Shown here in pieces: positions 47,799 through 63,690 of a DNA stretch of 64,000 bases. The notes beneath the pieces are model-generated. The model worked only from the letters and a program-made list of their open reading frames with translations, was not told where the DNA came from and did not search any database. Position numbers and translations under genes: made by a program. Each line of letters begins with the position of its first letter. Within the stretch, counting starts at the first letter, position 1. Source of the DNA: Octopus vulgaris. Its lineage: Eukaryota. Where the stretch lies: assembly GCA_951406725.2 (NCBI GenBank), contig OX597833.1, positions 27,714,001 to 27,778,000 on the forward strand, read 5' to 3'.

Positions 47799-47995
47799 GC
47801 GAGCTGGCAGAATCGTTAGCACGTTGGGTAAAAATACCCATCGGCTTTTTGTTCCGAGTTCAAATTCCGTGGAAGTCGACTTTATCTTTTAAACTTTCGG
47901 AGTCGATAAAATAAGTACCAGTTGAATACTAGGATCGATGTAACCGACTTAACCTCCTTCCCCGAACTTTCTGTCCTTGTGCCAAAATTTGAAAC
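47799..47995 (+). mobile_element. SINE family A copy
   Basis: gcgagctggcagaatcgttagcacg..gagttcaaattccg..gtcgataaaataagtaccagt. Confidence 0.8.
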
Positions 47996-48552
47996 TGTTA
48001 TTTAAAAGCATGTTTTATTAATTCTTTTCTATAATTTTCGTAAATTTTGGATTTCACTATAAGACATTTTGAAAAAAAAAAGAAAAGAAAACATACAATA
48101 AAAAGCCGGGACGGAATACGGTTAAAATCTCCTAAGTGCCAGGCATTCTTCACCTCATTTTTTATACTGGAACCCCCCCCCCCCCGAAACTTGGCTTCTT
48201 TTATCAGAAGGAAGCCCTGAAAAAATAGAGGGCTATGTGCACTACTCTTCCTCTCATTAAGCAAACTGACCACTGCCGCATCTCTTTTGCTATAACCACC
48301 AGATATAAACTGAACCTTCTTTATTTCGTTACTGCTGTATAAAACCCATGTAGAGTCTGAGGAACAAATCAAAGGTGTTCCAGTCGGAATCTTTATTTTT
48401 ATTTTTCAGGTATGCTATGTCTATGATTACATTACTAAATGTGCCAGTCTCCGTTTTAAGATTGTACGATATGTTTTGATGGAGATTTAGCTGCTATTTT
48501 CGGCAGGTTTAGCGACCACATCAAAGTATTGTCGTTGGCTTGGCCTCTCCGC

Positions 48553-48616
<64 letters not shown>

Positions 48617-48672
48617 GATAATGATGTTGTGGTTGTTGTTTCTATTGTTGATTTTGTTGCTGTTGTTGTTGT

Positions 48673-48724
<52 letters not shown>

Positions 48725-48725
48725 A

Positions 48726-48764
<39 letters not shown>

Positions 48765-48790
48765 CCAACGACGACGATTATCATGTTGTT
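48553..48790. repeat. (GTT)n/(GAT)n microsatellite
   Basis: Seen directly. Confidence 0.95.
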
Positions 48791-49689
48791 GGTGCTTTTT
48801 TAAGCTTCAGGTCATCTCTGATCGAGGCCCAAACCAATGATAACACAGACGTTTGATCAAAGGCGCTCCAGGCATAACCATTTCACCAAGCCTAGACATT
48901 GTCCGGTGTCTATATTCATAACGGTGTAAGTGTGACTTGGTTGAAAGGGAGGCGAGACAATTTTAACGCAAGATCCAGTAGACATGTTGAACCGTTTCGC
49001 AAAACCCAAGCAAATGCCCGACACGGCACCAAGGATGAGTGGACAGGTGAATTATGGATACATGACCATTGTAGAGAGAATAGTTTAGCGCAGGCGTGGC
49101 AGTGAGGTAAAAAGATTGCTTCCCAACCACATTTCCTGGTTCAGGTGTTGAAGTGATTGCAAAGCAGCGTGAGGTGAAGTGTTTTGCTCAAGAACACGAC
49201 GCGTCTAGGAATGGAAATCATGATCACTAGATCACGAGGGCAACTCCCTAACCACTAAGCCATGCACCCTCACACGTGTGTGTGTGTTTATGTGTGTCTT
49301 TGTGTTTGTCCCCATCAACGCTTGACAACCGGTGATAGTGTGTTTATGTCCTCGTAACTTCGTGTTTCGACAAAACTGACCGATAGAATAGTACCGGGCT
49401 TAAAAACAAAATAAATAAGCACTGTGGTCAAATTATCCGACCAAAATCCTCCGACTGAAACAAATAAAAGATAAAAGATTCCATATGGAATGCATGAGTG
49501 TCATTGCTGTTGCTAAAGTGGCTAACCACCCCCATCATCTCTGTCCGAGCAGACACATGACAAAAGATATTCCATTTGTGACCATCCCGTCTTTTCGGTT
49601 TGTCTAGAACAAACGTGTTTTTTCATGTTATTAAGTTTTTTTTAAGAGAGATGCAGACGATAATTTCAGTGAGATTTTTGATACTGTTT

Positions 49690-49750
<61 letters not shown>

Positions 49751-51084
49751 AGCTGCTGCTGCTGCTGCTGCTAAAAATTAAATTCAGAAGAGCAAAAAAT
49801 AATTATCATACTGATGATTTCTCACACTATTAGAGCACTATAAGATTAACAACATCATAACCAAACGACGTCACTTTTATTTCTTTCACCCAGATAAACC
49901 AACTCCTATTCCATTTTATTTTATTCTATTATTCTTCTATTCTTATTCATCACCTACTTGCCCCTTTCTCATCCTCCACTTCTCTCTCTCTTTTTCTCTA
50001 ACTTTTGTTCTTATTAATAGTGTGTGTTTGTATCTATGTGTATGTATGTGAGTGGAAGAAGGAGTTACCTTTCTCTCACTTATACACATACATTCACACA
50101 CACATATAAACACATACACACACATACATACATACATACATACATGCATACATACATGCATACATACATACATACATACATACATACATACATACATACA
50201 TACATACATACATACACATTCACTATTATACATACATACAAGTGTGTGAATGTGTGTGTGTCTATTCTTTTCTTTCTTTTCTTCTCCCTTAATTTCTCTC
50301 TTTAATATTTCCCTTCATTTTTACGTCGGCCATATTATTATTTTTTTTTAGCAACCCACTTAACTTTCACTGACCACCATTTTGTCTTTTACGGCACAAA
50401 ATCCTCTTTTATTTACCGTAGCATCATTTTCACAAATATCTCTCTACAACGCTACAAAAAATACCAACTTCCTTCCTCTTTAGCCACAAGTTGAAATCAT
50501 ATATGTGCCCGCCTTCCTCCTCTCTCACCCTTTTCCCCTATAGACAATTAATAATGCTGTATTTTTTTGTCATTTTTTGTCTCCTTCCGTGTCTTCGTTC
50601 TTTATTTCTTTATTCTTTGGTTACTTATTCGATCTGTATTACTTTTGAGAACGTGTGTCTATGTACGTGTTAAAGTGTGTGTGTATGTGTGAGTGTATGC
50701 GTGTAAGTGTGTTTGTATTGGTGTGCTTCTATAGATTGAGGATTTCACGATTATTTTAATATGTATGTATGTGCATATATGTGTGTGTGTGTACGTGTAT
50801 ACCTACATATATATTTATATGCATATGTATACATATCTATGTATGTATTATATCTATATGTATAAGTATATATATGTATGTGTGTGTATGTATAAACATA
50901 TGAATATATATATAGTTATATGAAGATACATACATATCTATGTATGTATGTGTATACATATATATATTTATATGTCCGTATATACATACCTATTTATATG
51001 TGCGTATATACACATATACATCATATATGCACATATATTTATACACATTTACATTCATACATATATATACATATATCTGTGTGC

Positions 51085-51140
<56 letters not shown>

Positions 51141-51601
51141 ATGTATATATCTACTGCATATGTGAGAAATTCTGTCTGTGGATGTGTTTGTGAAGTTGTT
51201 AGCTAACACCTCCTATATCGTTTTATCGATTTTGATTAAACTTGACATGTGAGTAGAACTCATGTCTAGAAACCTCTTGGCATACTCATATTGTTGAAAA
51301 CACCGATAATAGGGCCCCTGGAAGGGATACTTATACATATCTAATACATCTTATTTTAAAAGCCAAGAGAACTAACCCATTCATTTTCCTAAATTATTTG
51401 GTAAAAATGAAATTGGGTATGCTTATTTCTTAGTATTTGAATTGTTAGAGTTATTTTCGCATTTGATCCAAGTATTTTCCTAAACACTAGATCCACTTAT
51501 TTCGATTAGTGACTTATTCACGAATATACCAACACTAGCGTCCCTGAGGGTAATATTCTCAGGAAACGCACAAAAGCCCTTTTCAGAGTTATTTACTTTG
51601 A

Positions 51602-51647
<46 letters not shown>

Positions 51648-52440
51648 CTTACTTGGAAAAGGATGCGTGGCGATCGATTATATAAAAATATAAATAATAT
51701 ATAAATATATGCATATATACATATATGTACATGTATATATACATGCATATATGGGTGCAGAACATAAAAAAAAAACGTTGAACACAATGAGAAACGAAAA
51801 CAAAAACAAAAATATAGAAAACGAACTTTTTTTCGAACAACGAAAGAAACAAACAGATAAACGAGACATGCAACATAAAAAAATATTCCCCTTCATCAGT
51901 TGTCCCTGTTTCATCAACTCCGCGTACAAAGGCAAGGACATTAGGCGACTTCATTGAAACAATCCTTCCCGCAAAGCAAATTATATAAAATTTGGGATTT
52001 TTTGCAGAGGGTGAAAGTAGCAACAAGAACAGGACAGTGAGAATAAGACTGTAAAAACAAATGGTGAGGGCTGTTGAGTCAAGACGATGGAAAAATTATT
52101 ATGAATGCTAGGAGGACGAGCTTATGAGAGGAGACAGGTATAAGCACGTCTTGTCCTTAGGAAGGAAATGGGCAGAAAGATAGATTCCATTTCGTCACGT
52201 GTAAGTGACGAGAGAGTCAAGGAGGAAGAGATATATGAGTAGATAAGTATTTGATACAGATCTGCGTATGTACATTCTGCATACATGTACACTGTGTATG
52301 TATATGTGCGTTGATGCACACATACGTATATACGTACGTACGTACGTACATACATACATACATACATACATACATACATACATACATACATACACACACG
52401 TACATACATACATACATACATACATACATACATACATACA

Positions 52441-52777
52441 TGTTCCGGGTTCAGTCCCATTTCTACTATAGCCTCGGGCCGACCAATACCTTGTGAGTGG
52501 ATTTGGTAGACGGAAACTGAAAGAAGCCCGTCGTATATATGTGTGTGTGTGTGTGTGTGCGTGTTTGTGTGTCTGTGTTTGTCCCCACCCCCAACATCGC
52601 TTGACAACCGTATGCTCGTGTGTTTACGTCCCCGTCGCTTAGCGGTTCGGCAAGAGAGACCGATAGAATAAGTACTAGGCCTACAAAGAATAAGTCCTGG
52701 TGTCGATTTGCTTGACTAAAGGCGGTACTCCAGCATGGCGGCAGTCAAATGACTGAAACAAATAAAAGAATAAAAGA
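52441..52777 (+). mobile_element. SINE family B copy
   Basis: Close similarity to 7081-7435. Confidence 0.88.
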
Positions 52778-52819
52778 GAAAAAAGAATGTATACACATAC
52801 ACCCATAATTTAACGCCGT

Positions 52820-53650
<831 letters not shown>

Positions 53651-54134
53651 AGGTAAAGTAGAAGTGTATAAAAAGAGCAGTTTCCTTAAAAAGTAAGAGA
53701 GAAAGAGAAGCACACATGATGACACCAACAATAGACAGTAGACTACGCACGACACAGAAATACAGATAACTGAGACATACAGACAAACTGGCACACAGAA
53801 AGGCTTGTGCGCAGATTCACATAAAACTAAACAAAATACATTAAAAGACAAGGGAAAAAAGAACACGAGCAAGTAGAAAGCGAGCTCGTTAAAATCATGT
53901 GACCTATTTTTGTAGATTTTGTGTCCTGTGGAGATGGCGGCCATTTTGTTGTTTTCCTTCTTTGCGTTGTGGTTATTATTCTATTTGTTCGACGTATGCA
54001 TAAATGCTTTTGGTTTTGGTTGTTGTTAGTTGAAAAGGGAACGATTTATTTGATAAACTGAAGATGGAAGATCATTATGTATCATTTAGTTTGGCCATTT
54101 ATAGATTCACCCACGTTCTGCGATTGTCTTCGTC

Positions 54135-54183
<49 letters not shown>

Positions 54184-54198
54184 TTGATCTCTTCTCTC

Positions 54199-54278
<80 letters not shown>

Positions 54279-54316
54279 CGCGCGCGTGTATGTGCACGTG
54301 TCTGTGTCTGTCTATT

Positions 54317-54364
<48 letters not shown>

Positions 54365-54380
54365 TATATACATATATAGC

Positions 54381-54422
<42 letters not shown>

Positions 54423-54627
54423 CAACAATTGAGGGTAAAATTAATTAATTATTAATCAATTTCACCAAGTGTTCAGTATGCAAAGGGACCATTTAAGGCG
54501 AATTCAAATTATTACATTATATAAAAGGGCTTAGTAAAATAAATTACTTTGCCGCATACTGAACTCATTAGAAATAGCAGCTAAAAAACTTTTTTAAAGC
54601 TATTTCTAATACTTAAAGAAAATCTCT

Positions 54628-54769
<142 letters not shown>

Positions 54770-55111
54770 GTTTGCTTGCTTGACTCAACTCACAAAACTT
54801 TTGTGAGTTGAGTCATTGGGCTATGTGTGTGTCAAGTTTCATCAGAATCGGTTGAAAGCACAAGCAACAAACACAAAACACCAGACACTATATATAGAGA
54901 GATTTTCTTTAAGTATTAGAAATATATATAAAATATATAATATAATAATACATGCTTTAAAAAAGTTTTATATATAATATATATATATATAATATATATA
55001 ATATATATAAATATAAATATAATAATAAGCTGTATATATTATAATATATAATACTAATGAGTTCAGTATATATATAAAATATATATAAATATTTATACTA
55101 ATATATATATT

Positions 55112-55590
<479 letters not shown>

Positions 55591-56319
55591 CTCCTCTTAT
55601 ATCAATATGCATGTATTTATATTAAATGTATGTTTATCAGTGTAAAAACATTATGCCTAAATAACTACGTATTTATTCACCAAACATTATTTTTACTATA
55701 CGAGTGTGCGTATTACATATATGTATATATGACAGATGGACAGGTATGTGTGTAGTAAAATAATTCGGTGTATATATCGATGTATTCATTTGTGTGGGAA
55801 TATGTGAGTGTGTGTGTATGAATGTATACATACGTAGGTAAGTTTAGGATGATGTATATTTATGTTTTATTCAAATATATATTAATACACCCATATAGTC
55901 ACTTTTAAGCTTATCTCAGAGCCAATAGCACGAATTATGGCATTTCGTAAGCGAATATGTGTATATAAAAAATGCGATCGAAGATACAAAAGATAGGTAA
56001 TGGTTGTACATGCATATTTCAAGGATTATTGCTCTTTTATCAGCAGCATATTAGCACATCTTTAGATATGTAACACAGTTGGATGTGTGTGTGTGTGTGT
56101 GTGTAAAAATCATGTGGTTTCATAATTAGGGTATTTGGCTAACGATCGTAAAGTCGTGAGTTTGATACCTGGCGGTTTTATCCTTGAGCAAGACACTTTA
56201 TGTTGCGCTGCTCCAGTCCACTCAGCTGGCAAAAATAAGTTGCAGCTGTAATTCAAAGGTGCAATTCAAAATTATATATATGTGTGTGTGTGTGTGTGTG
56301 TATGTACGTATGTATGTTA

Positions 56320-56778
56320 TAAGAAGCAAATGAGATTAATAGATCCAAGTAGATATCTATAAAAGCATTCAGTGATAAAAGAATTTGGTTAACGATATCA
56401 AACAATCGGATACCAATAAATTTAAGTAGAATTAACATCCAAGGTAATTCTGCATGTATGACAAGTAAATTCAAATACCGCTAACAAGAATTTCAAGAAA
56501 TTCAGAGTATAAAACAGCAAGAATAAGAATGGAGAAAGCCACATCTTTAATTGATGATTACACCACACATTACCGACAACAGTTTCTCTTGCGTCAACAT
56601 ACTTAGATAACGTTGTGTTAACATTTATTTTCGGATATATTAATTTCACTTGTATTTTATACTTTTTTCTATATCCAAATATGCTGGCACCACAAAAGAA
56701 ACTATCGTCAGTAATGTACGATGTAATAACCAATTAAGGATGTGATTTTCTTCATCCTTGTGCTTCTTGAACTTGAAA
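56320..56778. mobile_element. Old PLE terminal segment with short foldback (family of 39300-40850)
   Basis: 56331-56590 aligns with 39308-39560. 56695-56775 is a diverged inverted copy carrying GAAA-CTATCG-TC. Confidence 0.68.
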
Positions 56779-56779
56779 T

Positions 56780-57190
56780 ACTCTTTTACTCTTTTACTTG
56801 TTTCTGTCATTTGACTGTAGTCATGCTGGAGCCCCGCCTTTAGTCGAGCAAATAGAACCCAGGACTTATTCTTTGTACGCCTAGTACTTATTTTATCGGT
56901 CTCTTTTGCCGAATCGCTAAGTTACGGGACGTAAACACACCAGCATCGGTTGTCAGGCGATGTTGGGGGGACAAACACAGACACACAAACATATACACAC
57001 ACACATACATATATAAACACATATATACGACGGGTTTCTTTCAGTTTCCGTCTACCAAATCTACTCACAAGACTTTCGTCGGCCCGAGGTTATGGTATAA
57101 GACACTTGCCCAAGCTGTCACGCAGGGGGACTGAACCCGAAACCATGTGGTTTGTAAGCAAGCTACTTACCACACAGCCACTCCCACGCC
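56780..57190 (-). mobile_element. SINE family B, full length
   Basis: Reverse complement of 7033-7447. Confidence 0.88.
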
Positions 57191-57469
57191 TACGGAATGT
57201 ATATAATTTAAATCAAGTAAAAGGGGATTGGTGAAAGAATCTATTACATATTTAAACATGTCCACTACCATTACGTTTAGAAGCAGCGATACGATTTCTG
57301 CAGATCTAGAAATCGGTCTGGCAACTAATTTTCAGTTATATCCTGAACCACGTCAGTTATCCCTAATCAAACAGTCATCTATGTCAAATTAGTTTTATGT
57401 GTGTTCCTTATAAAATATAGCTAAAGTTACTATTTAATGATTTAAAATAATTAATATACAGTAATATAC

Positions 57470-57651
57470 AGGCGTTGCGGTGTGGTAAGAAAATGGCTTC
57501 CTAACAAAATGGCTCCGGGTTCAGTCTTACAGCGTAGCATCTTGAGCAAGTTTCTTCTACAATAGCCACGGGCCGACTAAAGCCTTGTGAGTGGATTTGG
57601 TAGACGAAAACAGAAAGAAGCCCGTCGAATATATATATATATATATGTGTG

Positions 57652-57712
<61 letters not shown>

Positions 57713-58180
57713 ATTATCTATCTATCTATCTATCTATATATATATATATGTGTGTGTGTGTGTATCTATTATCTTTAACTGTTTCAGTCGTTTGACTGTG
57801 TCAATGCTGGGGCAGCGTCTTGAATTTTTAGTTGAATGAATCGACTCCAGTACTTCTTTTTAAGCCCGATATTTATTCGATTGTTTTTTGTTTGTTTTTC
57901 TTTGTTTTTGTTTTCTTTGCTGAACCACTACGTATATATTTATGCAAATTTTTGTGTCTGTGTTTGTACCCCTTCCCCGCATACATGCACACACCACGAC
58001 TTGACAACCGGAATTGGTGTGTTTACGTCTCTGTAACTTAGCGATTCAGCCAAAGACCGATAGAATAAATACCAGGCTTAGAAAAATAACTAAGTACTAT
58101 TGTCGATTCATTCAGCTAAAAAAATTTCAAGGTGGGGCCCCAGTATGACTGAAGCAAGTAAAAGAAAAGTAAAAGAAAAA
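57470..58180 (+). mobile_element. SINE family B, interrupted by an inverted tail fragment and microsatellites
   Basis: Head 57470-57630, inverted tail ~57770-57930, tail ~57955-58180. Confidence 0.75.
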
Positions 58181-58479
58181 ACTATGATAACTTCATTATT
58201 GAGAGAAATAGATTTGTTGCGTCTCGCTTCTAAATGTTACTTTTTTCCCTTATTTTTTAACAGATTATTTTCCAGAAAAAAATTTTTTTCATCTGAGACC
58301 GTGTTTTGAAACTGAAACATTTACAGTATGGAAGACACAGATTAATGATTCAAAAACACACAAGACTGTTAACTTATTTAAACGTTTATGTGTGCGTGCG
58401 CGTGTGTGTATGTGTGTGTGTAAGCACAAAGTCAGGTGGCAGGAAAGGTGAGTACATATTTTACTAAAAATTATATAAT

Positions 58480-58516
<37 letters not shown>

Positions 58517-58766
58517 AACATAATAAATAACATTAAGGTAATAAGAATTATATAAATTATTATTACCAGTGGCCTAGCACAAAAAAAGAATTATTCAATA
58601 GACTATATATTATTCACATAGAAATATCGTGTACATTAAAACACATCAAGAGGATTCCAAGTAGGAAAGCCTTGTGCTAGAAAGAGCAGTAGAAAACTTA
58701 AACCACTAATTAGGAGATAAATTCTCGAAATGAATGAAAATTAAAAACGTTTACCATCTTATTTAG

Positions 58767-58836
58767 TTCCTAGACCATGGTTTCTAACTAATTCCAGTAA
58801 AAAATATTTACTGAGGCTAGTTTTCATCAGTAGGAA
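58767..58836 (-). ncRNA. Type I hammerhead ribozyme motif (left arm)
   Basis: TTCCTA-CTGATGA-aAACTAGcctCAGTAAAtatttTTTACTGgaaTTAGTTa-GAAA-CCATGG-TC^-TAGGAA. Confidence 0.9.
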
Positions 58837-58959
58837 GCCTTTAGAATTTTACCGGCATTCCCTCTGTCGCCGGATATAATTTGCATCTGCGTAGTTAGGA
58901 TATACATACAGCTAGTTTACATGTGGATCTAGTCGTGTGTATATTTGAATTCTAAAGGC

Positions 58960-59025
58960 TTCCTACTGATGAAAACTAGCCTCAGTAAATATTTTTTACT
59001 AGAATTAGAAACCATGGTCTAGGAA
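58960..59025 (+). ncRNA. Type I hammerhead ribozyme motif (right arm; 4-nt deletion in stem II)
   Basis: TTCCTA-CTGATGA-..-GAAA-CCATGG-TC^-TAGGAA. Confidence 0.85.
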
Positions 59026-59190
59026 CTAAATAAGATTGTAAACGTTTTTAATTTTCATTCCTTTCGAGAATTTATCTCCTAATTAGTGGTTTGAGTTTTC
59101 TACTGCTCTTTCTAGCACAAGATTTCCTACTTGGAAACCTCTTGATGTGTTTTAATGTACATGATATTTATATATATATATAGATAGATG

Positions 59191-59238
<48 letters not shown>

Positions 59239-59260
59239 CATACATACATACATACATACA

Positions 59261-59291
<31 letters not shown>

Positions 59292-59346
59292 GTATAAATG
59301 TGTGTATGTATATATATCATGTTAAGTGCGTTGTACAGATATTGAA

Positions 59347-59664
<318 letters not shown>

Positions 59665-59671
59665 TAGATAA

Positions 59672-59703
<32 letters not shown>

Positions 59704-61074
59704 GAGAGAAAGAGAAACAGCAACAGACAGACAGACAGACAGAAAATTCATATATATATGTTTACGATGGGCTTCTGTAAAAGTTCCGTCTAGCAAATTC
59801 CTCTCACAAAATGCTCACCAAATCCGGATGCACGTGATTGTTAAACGAACACTCAACTACTCTGCCAGGTATCGTCCATGCTGTATGATATATTTAAATA
59901 TTTAACTTAGATAACTTAGATATGTTTCGGCCAAAGATTGGCCCAGGCCATGTCTACCTTAATAGCACCACCTGGTTATGTATGGGGGTATAAAGAATAT
60001 ATATTAATTGTATGTGAGGAATTAATTCTTATATTACTCTAACATAAACTATCATTCCAGCCAATGAAGGAGACTCTACTCATGCATGCAAGCGGCTAGA
60101 AATATCAGCTAAACCGCTCTCAAACACCCTTCCCTCCCTTATCGTCTTAAAAAAAAACAATGCAATAAATAATATACTCTTTGTGGTTTTCATCACTGTT
60201 TACAATCTTGTTCCATCTGTTTTCAAATTTGGTATACTAATTATGAAAATGAAATCCATTTTTCCTATAAATCTATGATTAAAGATTTGTTAGCCTTTAA
60301 AATTTGAAAAATTTGGGTATTTTAGCCAACCAGAAGCAAATATTTTACACATCACCGTAGGGAAGAACTCTGTTTCCATAGTAACCAAAGCAAAGGAGCA
60401 CCACGTGTTGCATAGCTGATTGTGAAGAACTTTGTTTCCATAGTAACCAAAGATGCTGCGCATACCCACAAGGAGTGTAACCACAAGGTGTTCTATAATT
60501 GTTTATTTTCATAACAGAAGGAATTCGATTCTCGAACGATGGCCACAGCTTTAAAACTTTCCTATGTGGAAAAAGAGATACGAGAAAGATAATTTATTAT
60601 ATAAAATCCTAGAGTGTATTGCAAGCTTTCGTTCTTGAATATTTTTACTCATAAGTGTCTGTTTTAAACAATGTTTTGATTGTTATTTCTAGCAACTCCC
60701 GTTGGTTTGTTTGTAGCCTTGAAATATTTAATTTGCTCGCGAATGTTTTATTCCTAACTTTGTTCGTGTATATTTTAATGTTTGACGGATATTTCTAGCA
60801 ACTCCTGTTGATTTGTTCGTAGCTTTTAACTATTTAATTTGCTTGCAAATGTTTTCATGTTTTTCACTGTTTACTGTAGCTAGTTTAATGTTTTGACATG
60901 CCAATGACATCCCCGCCTCCACCCTCACCCCGATGATGGAAGCGGCAGCGAACGCGATGTTTTCTGATTGGCTGAAAATTCTGAAAATTATCAAGCTTTG
61001 GACACTTGTAACATTTTTGCAAATTCGGATTCAACGTAAAAAAAATTACTTCTATATGATACATTAAAAAACAT

Positions 61075-62199
61075 TCATTTGTCTGTTAAGAAAAATACTC
61101 CTCCAGTACTGTTCTGACCTCGTCTACAGAATTCATATTTTTCCGTCCAAATGATTTTGAAGACTGTGGAGTAAACGGTAATCAGATGAGGCAATGTCCG
61201 GCGAATATAGTGGGTGGGGCACCGTTTCGTAATCAAACTGCTCCAGCCTTTGGAATGCCATTCTCGCTGTATGTGGTCGAGCATTATCTTGATGGAAGAA
61301 CACCTTTCGCCTTGAAACCAAAGATGGTTGTTTTTCTTCTAGTGCTGACTTAAGCCACTCAAACTGCTCGCAGTAGGTCTCTTTTGTTATCGTTTGGTTT
61401 GGGTTTAAAAGTTCAAAGTGAACTAAACCTTTCATATCCAACCAAACAGATAACAACACCTTACATGGGGGAAGACCTTCTTTAGTCTGGGGTGCCGGTG
61501 TTTTTCCTTTCCCTACCCACTCTCTTCTGCGCTTTACATTTTAATAGAAAATTCATTCCTTGTCACTATTCGGTCCAAAAATAATTCATTCGTGGGAAGT
61601 GACAGCAAAGAAGAGCACACATTCTTTCTCTGCGCGCGATTAGACTCGGAAAGTTTGTGAACTAACTATAGACCCAATTTTCTCACTTTTCTGATGCCAC
61701 GCAGGTGTCGATGAATAGTTGAATGACCAAATCCAAGTGTCACTGCTAGATCTTCAACAATTACGATGGGATTTTATTCCACCAGGGTTTGCAGGACGTC
61801 CTCGTCGAGCTCTACAAATCTTTCAGGATGAAGCACATCTTCTAAGCTGTAATTTCCGGCTCGGAATTTCTAGAACCACTGTTGATACTGGTTTACGCTT
61901 ATTGTCTGATCCCCATATACTGCATTAATATTCCTTGCACTTTCCATTGCGTTGTTGCCTTTATTGAACTCATAAAGCAAAATACGCCGAATATACTCCT
62001 TTGTTACTTCCATTATAGCTTTGGAAAAATAACTGTTAAAATCGAACTGCACTCTTCAAAACTTGCAATAAGAATAAGGAGAAAGTAAAATTACTACCTG
62101 TTTTTATAGCAAGTTGATGCAGGTAGTTTATCCCGTCCCCCTCCATCTTTTAGTTCATGCAATTGAAAAAAACTGCCTTATTTATGGGATGGCCCAATA
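61075..62199 (-). mobile_element. Mariner DNA transposon with transposase pseudogene (same family as 10967-12147)
   Basis: MEVTKEYIRRILLYEF; FHQDNARPH; HPLYSPDIASSDYRL. 5' TIR at 62170-62199; 3' end missing. Confidence 0.92.
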
Positions 62200-62974
62200 T
62201 TTATAGATATACTATGGCTGGAAAAAAAAAGAAAAAGAACAAATGGAATGGTCATGACCGGATGTGACTTTGATTCTAGAGATGTGCTTAGGCAAGGATG
62301 ACGGGGGCTAAAGAACCACGATATCAGAACCATAACAACAATAATAACAATCAATATAACAAAATCACTAATAATATGAGTTGACGAGGAAACCTTTATG
62401 TGGTTGATAGACCTGCAAGAAATAACAGTCAAATCACCATCAATTTACAAAGCACAATCGTAACAAAAGAAGGGATGCGTTGTGTAATCCACCATGCCTG
62501 GCAAAAGCAGGCGAGATGGTCATTACTGGAGTACCTTTGATCTTATCTCTGTTCAATTAGGGATGGCCTGGGGCTAAATAATAATAGTAAGAATAACAGC
62601 ACCAATATCACCCACTTCGTCTCAGTGACACCATAAAAACAACAACAACCACATTAACAACAGCAGCACCACCATCGCCACTACAAACAACGAAAATAAC
62701 GTCAACACCACCACAAACAACAACAACAACAACACCAACTGCAGCAGCGCACCTCTATATCCAAATACAACAACAACACCTCATTGATGGCAAATCAGTA
62801 AATTAGGGTAGGAATTAATCAAAGGGTAGTGTAATGACCCTTAATGAGGTTGTATCTAAATAATTATCAGTGATTATAGACATAAGGCCTAAGGGAACAC
62901 AGTTAGGGGTCGTTTGGCAGTTAGATTGTAATGTTTACTGGATCTTAATGGAATACCACATCTATCTGTTATAT

Positions 62975-63030
62975 AAATGTGTGTGTGTGTGTACATATGT
63001 ATGTTTGTATTTATATATGTACACATAAGC

Positions 63031-63127
<97 letters not shown>

Positions 63128-63173
63128 ATATGCATACATATACGTATATATATATTTATATATATATGCCTAC

Positions 63174-63219
<46 letters not shown>

Positions 63220-63659
63220 ATACATACATGAACACATATGTATGTATTTATGTATAAATATATATATATACATATGTGCTTGTGTGTGCGCGTATACACA
63301 AACTCACGAACACGTTTGTGCCTATGTGCGGTTGTGGTGTGTAATCGTATACGTATATATGTGTGTGCATATAAGTAGGCGCATATATACGCACACACAC
63401 AGAGCTACATCCATCCATCCATACACACATACATACATACATACATACATACATACATACATACATACATACATACATACATACATACATACATACATAC
63501 ATACAGAGAGTGAGAGAAACAGATATATGTATGTACATACACATGTATGCAAATATATACGTATGTGAGTATAATAGCGTATTTCAATACAATCATGCAG
63601 ACACGAACATATGAATATATACACTCGCGCGCGTGTGTCTGTGCATGTTTCTGCGTGAG

Positions 63660-63690
<31 letters not shown>

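Larger units (their letters stand above)
58515..59172. mobile_element. Foldback PLE-like element with one hammerhead per arm, flanked by (TA)n
   Basis: Inverted arms ~58618-58848 / 58948-59172 (>90% identical by eye), ~100-bp spacer. Confidence 0.88.

Noticed and set aside
51860-51960. CTGATGA on minus (51892-51898)
   Set aside because: No stem II-GAAA-stem III-NUH arrangement could be completed.
58922-58934. 13-nt similarity to miR-279 (GACTAGATCCACA on minus)
   Set aside because: The match stops short of the mature sequence and lies in the spacer of a transposon foldback.
59900-59970. GGCCAA-TCT-TTGGCC-GAAA-CATATC on minus, resembling a hammerhead 3' half
   Set aside because: No CTGANGA upstream; it matches the 3' stem-loop and tail of the CR1-like LINE at 15180-15250.
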